Below, one piece after another: positions 61,695 to 64,000 of a stretch of 64,000 nt of DNA. This stretch comes from Malacoraja senta (Eukaryota). Made by a program: the position numbers and the translations under genes. Position 1 is the stretch's first letter. Each line of letters opens with the position of its first letter. The notes beneath the pieces were generated by a model. That model had not been told where the DNA came from and searched no databases. It worked only from the letters and a program-made list of their open reading frames with translations. The stretch is taken from NCBI GenBank assembly GCA_038087875.1, contig CM075991.1, forward strand, positions 744,001 through 808,000, written 5' to 3'.

Positions 61695-62431
61695 ACCTAC
61701 AAACAACCTTTTTCTTTTCTTCCACCCTCTTCTGTGTCCCACCTCAACACACAACCATCTCTCCCCCCCCTTTCCTCTTCACAATTCACACCTCCTCTAT
61801 CCTTATCTCAGTCTTCTGCCTAATCATCTCTGGCCCTTGTCGTCGTAAGATCATCTGATATAAGCAGAATTAGGCCATTTGGCCCATCAAGTCTACTCCA
61901 TCATTCAATCATGGCTGATCTATCTCTCCCTTCTAACCCTATTCTCCTGCCTTCTCCTCATAACCCCTGACACCTGTACTAATCAAGAATCTATCTATCT
62001 CTACCTTAAAAATATCCATTGACTTGGCCTACCCACAGATTCATCACCCTATCTGGTGGTCCAACTATCTGCCAACCTCTCCCCCCCCCCCCTCCCCACC
62101 CATCCTTGGTGGGATTGTCCTGTCCCCTCCTCTCATCCAGCTTTCTCACCCCCCTGCCCCCACTACAATCACAGAAGAAGGGTCCTGACCCGAGATGTTA
62201 CCTATCCATGTCCTCCAGAGCTGCTGCTTGACCAGCTGAGTTACTCCAGCACGCTGTTTCTTTTGTTGGATGACTCCATGGTTTTGAATGGGCACAGAGC
62301 AGGCTGGTACACGCCGGGGTGAACAGTCTACATGTACCATTATGTTGTGTTCTTCCCCGGGTCTGTAGTTGACCAGGATTTAACATGATGTGCTGGTTGG
62401 GGGATTGACCTGGCTTGTGCGGTCATTTCAG

Positions 62432-62540
62432 GGACGGCGGCCTGAAAAGGGAAAAGGTAAAGGACACGTACAAAGAGGAGCAGCAGAAGCTGTACAGCAG
62501 GATGATCGTGGGGAGCCACAAAGACCGCAGCCGATCGTGA
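62432..62540 (+). CDS. GPAT4: GPAT4 last coding exon (to TGA stop)
   Basis: ggtcatttcag|; encodes (W)DGGLKREKVKDTYKEEQQKLYSRMIVGSHKDRSRS*; the KDRSRS C-terminus matches recalled GPAT4. Confidence 0.95.
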
Positions 62541-63900
62541 AGCCACCGCTGGGTGACTCATTCCACTGCCAGGCCGGATGTCGTGTGGCACGTCCTTGGC
62601 TGGGCTTCCGGCCCACACTAAACTAACGGGCAAGAGGCTCCCCAAGTACTTTGCTTTCCGTCTTATCGAGGAATTTAAATCTTATCATCATGCAGTGTAA
62701 AGAAACCCACTGACTGTCTGTATCAGGAAGCGGACTTGGAAAATGTCTATTAACAATGTGTCTATGATTGGGGTTGGGGTAGAGTAATGAACATGACGTA
62801 GATCGACCGAGTGTGGAAGGGATTATGAGGCTGCCGCAGGTTTTGCCAAGCCCATTTTCTGACCAGTTGGGACAGGTAGCCATAGCTTTGTATTTTAGCG
62901 CACAGGGTCTCGGAGGCATTTCAGTTGAGGAGGGCAGGTGAAGGGATGTGAACAGGAAAGTGACACAAATACTATACCTTTGGACGGTTGGTAGAAGAGG
63001 TGTGTTGATGGAGACTCTATGCACATGTACTCATTGTAGTTTGACACCTGTTTTAACATATGTACTTGCATGCCATTGCTTATTTTTACCCTTTTAAAAA
63101 AAAATGACGCGGACCTGCCTTTTTCATTATAACCAGAAAGAGTAGTGTTGCCTCTCCCACACAGTTGGCTTGACTGCAAACAGGTGTGATGGGAACTTGT
63201 TTTTGTGTTCCTTCAGAAGACAATGGAAATTCTGCAGTATAATGAAGAAAGTCCCCTGTAAACACGCTTCAGTCCTGTCCCTGATACTTTCCCCTCGGCA
63301 GCTGATCCTGTCATTCTATTTCACAATGTGAGGACCCAAGTGTCTGGGTGGGTTTTTGAAATATCACCTCAAGCAAAAGATTTTCAATTCAAGGCCGGCA
63401 GCGATTTTTGTCCGTCTCCCACTCAAACTTTGGAAGCGGTCTTGGAATCTTTGACATGGACCAGTCTTCCGTGTTATTACTAGCAGGGCCAGTGCTTTCA
63501 CTACGTCATCAAGTGCTTCAAGTCAGTCTGTGAATTAAACTTGACAAATGTCAGCGTATGTCATGGTGGGATCTTGGGAGGATTTGGATAAGAAGGCTTG
63601 GGCATTTCTGTCTGACTTCCTGGAACTATGCTGTGTTGAGCTGTTAGATTTGACCATAGTTTCTCTCACAAAATACCATGTGGATAGCTTAATGCACAGT
63701 GGTGGATGCGTTCATTGGAGTTCTGTGCTGAGCACTCTTCCCACAAATCTTGTGGCTTGTGCTTCTGTGGTGGGTGTGGTGGAGAGATGACTTCTGCCCT
63801 CACTACATGGAGGACGTCTACCAGTTATGCTGCAGTCAGGATGGGCAAAACTGGACTCAACTGAACCATAAATCCTCTTGTGGCAGAAGCTAGAATAGGC
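62541..63900 (+). other. GPAT4: probable GPAT4 3' UTR
   Basis: Follows the stop codon; about 1.35 kb with no recognisable repeats, unlike the introns. No AATAAA seen; ATTAAA at 63534-63539 is a possible variant signal. End unknown. Confidence 0.55.
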
Positions 63901-64000
63901 AATCACCATTTAAAAAAAAGGGGTTGCCCATTTAAGAAAAATATGTGATTTGTTTTCCCCTCTTTCTCTCAAAGGTTCTTGAGGCTTTGGAACTTTCATC

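Noticed and set aside
2720..62262. Recurring hairpin-containing repeat as a CRISPR array or bacterial REP/terminator
   Set aside because: Dispersed in both orientations, attached to PLE 3' ends and TSD-flanked, in a spliced vertebrate gene; no spacer periodicity or cas genes.
3514..62540. Assignment as GPAT3
   Set aside because: The PTSLEEEIKE..RRSGS segment, SKHVHLMCYR and the KDRSRS C-terminus are GPAT4-type.

Overview
Vertebrate genomic DNA, most likely from a cartilaginous fish such as a skate or ray (inferred from HE1/V-SINE-like SINEs and HER1/CR1-like LINE tails). One host gene spans the window on the + strand: GPAT4/AGPAT6 (glycerol-3-phosphate acyltransferase 4). I can read 11 GT-AG coding exons (3514-62540; 1203 nt = 400 aa plus stop, phases consistent); the first coding exon lies upstream of the window. 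Introns are mostly transposon relics: CR1-group LINEs of several ages, V-SINEs, Neptune-type Penelope-like elements (PLE; RT + GIY-YIG), two Harbinger-like MITEs, a hAT-like element and a GC-rich non-coding retroposon family with swappable tails. The most interesting system is a ~130-nt PLE terminal unit carrying a minimal hammerhead-ribozyme (HHR) core, at roughly 40 loci (counted by eye). It has moved on its own with 11-16 bp target-site duplications (TSDs), as solo units, palindromes with a recurrent internal start site, and one retrozyme-like tandem. Also notable: a relic copy of part of the last GPAT4 exon in the last intron, inverted repeats bracketing several exons, and local templated duplications. 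Exon coordinates are exact; many repeat boundaries are approximate, and family names come from recalled motifs, not searches.
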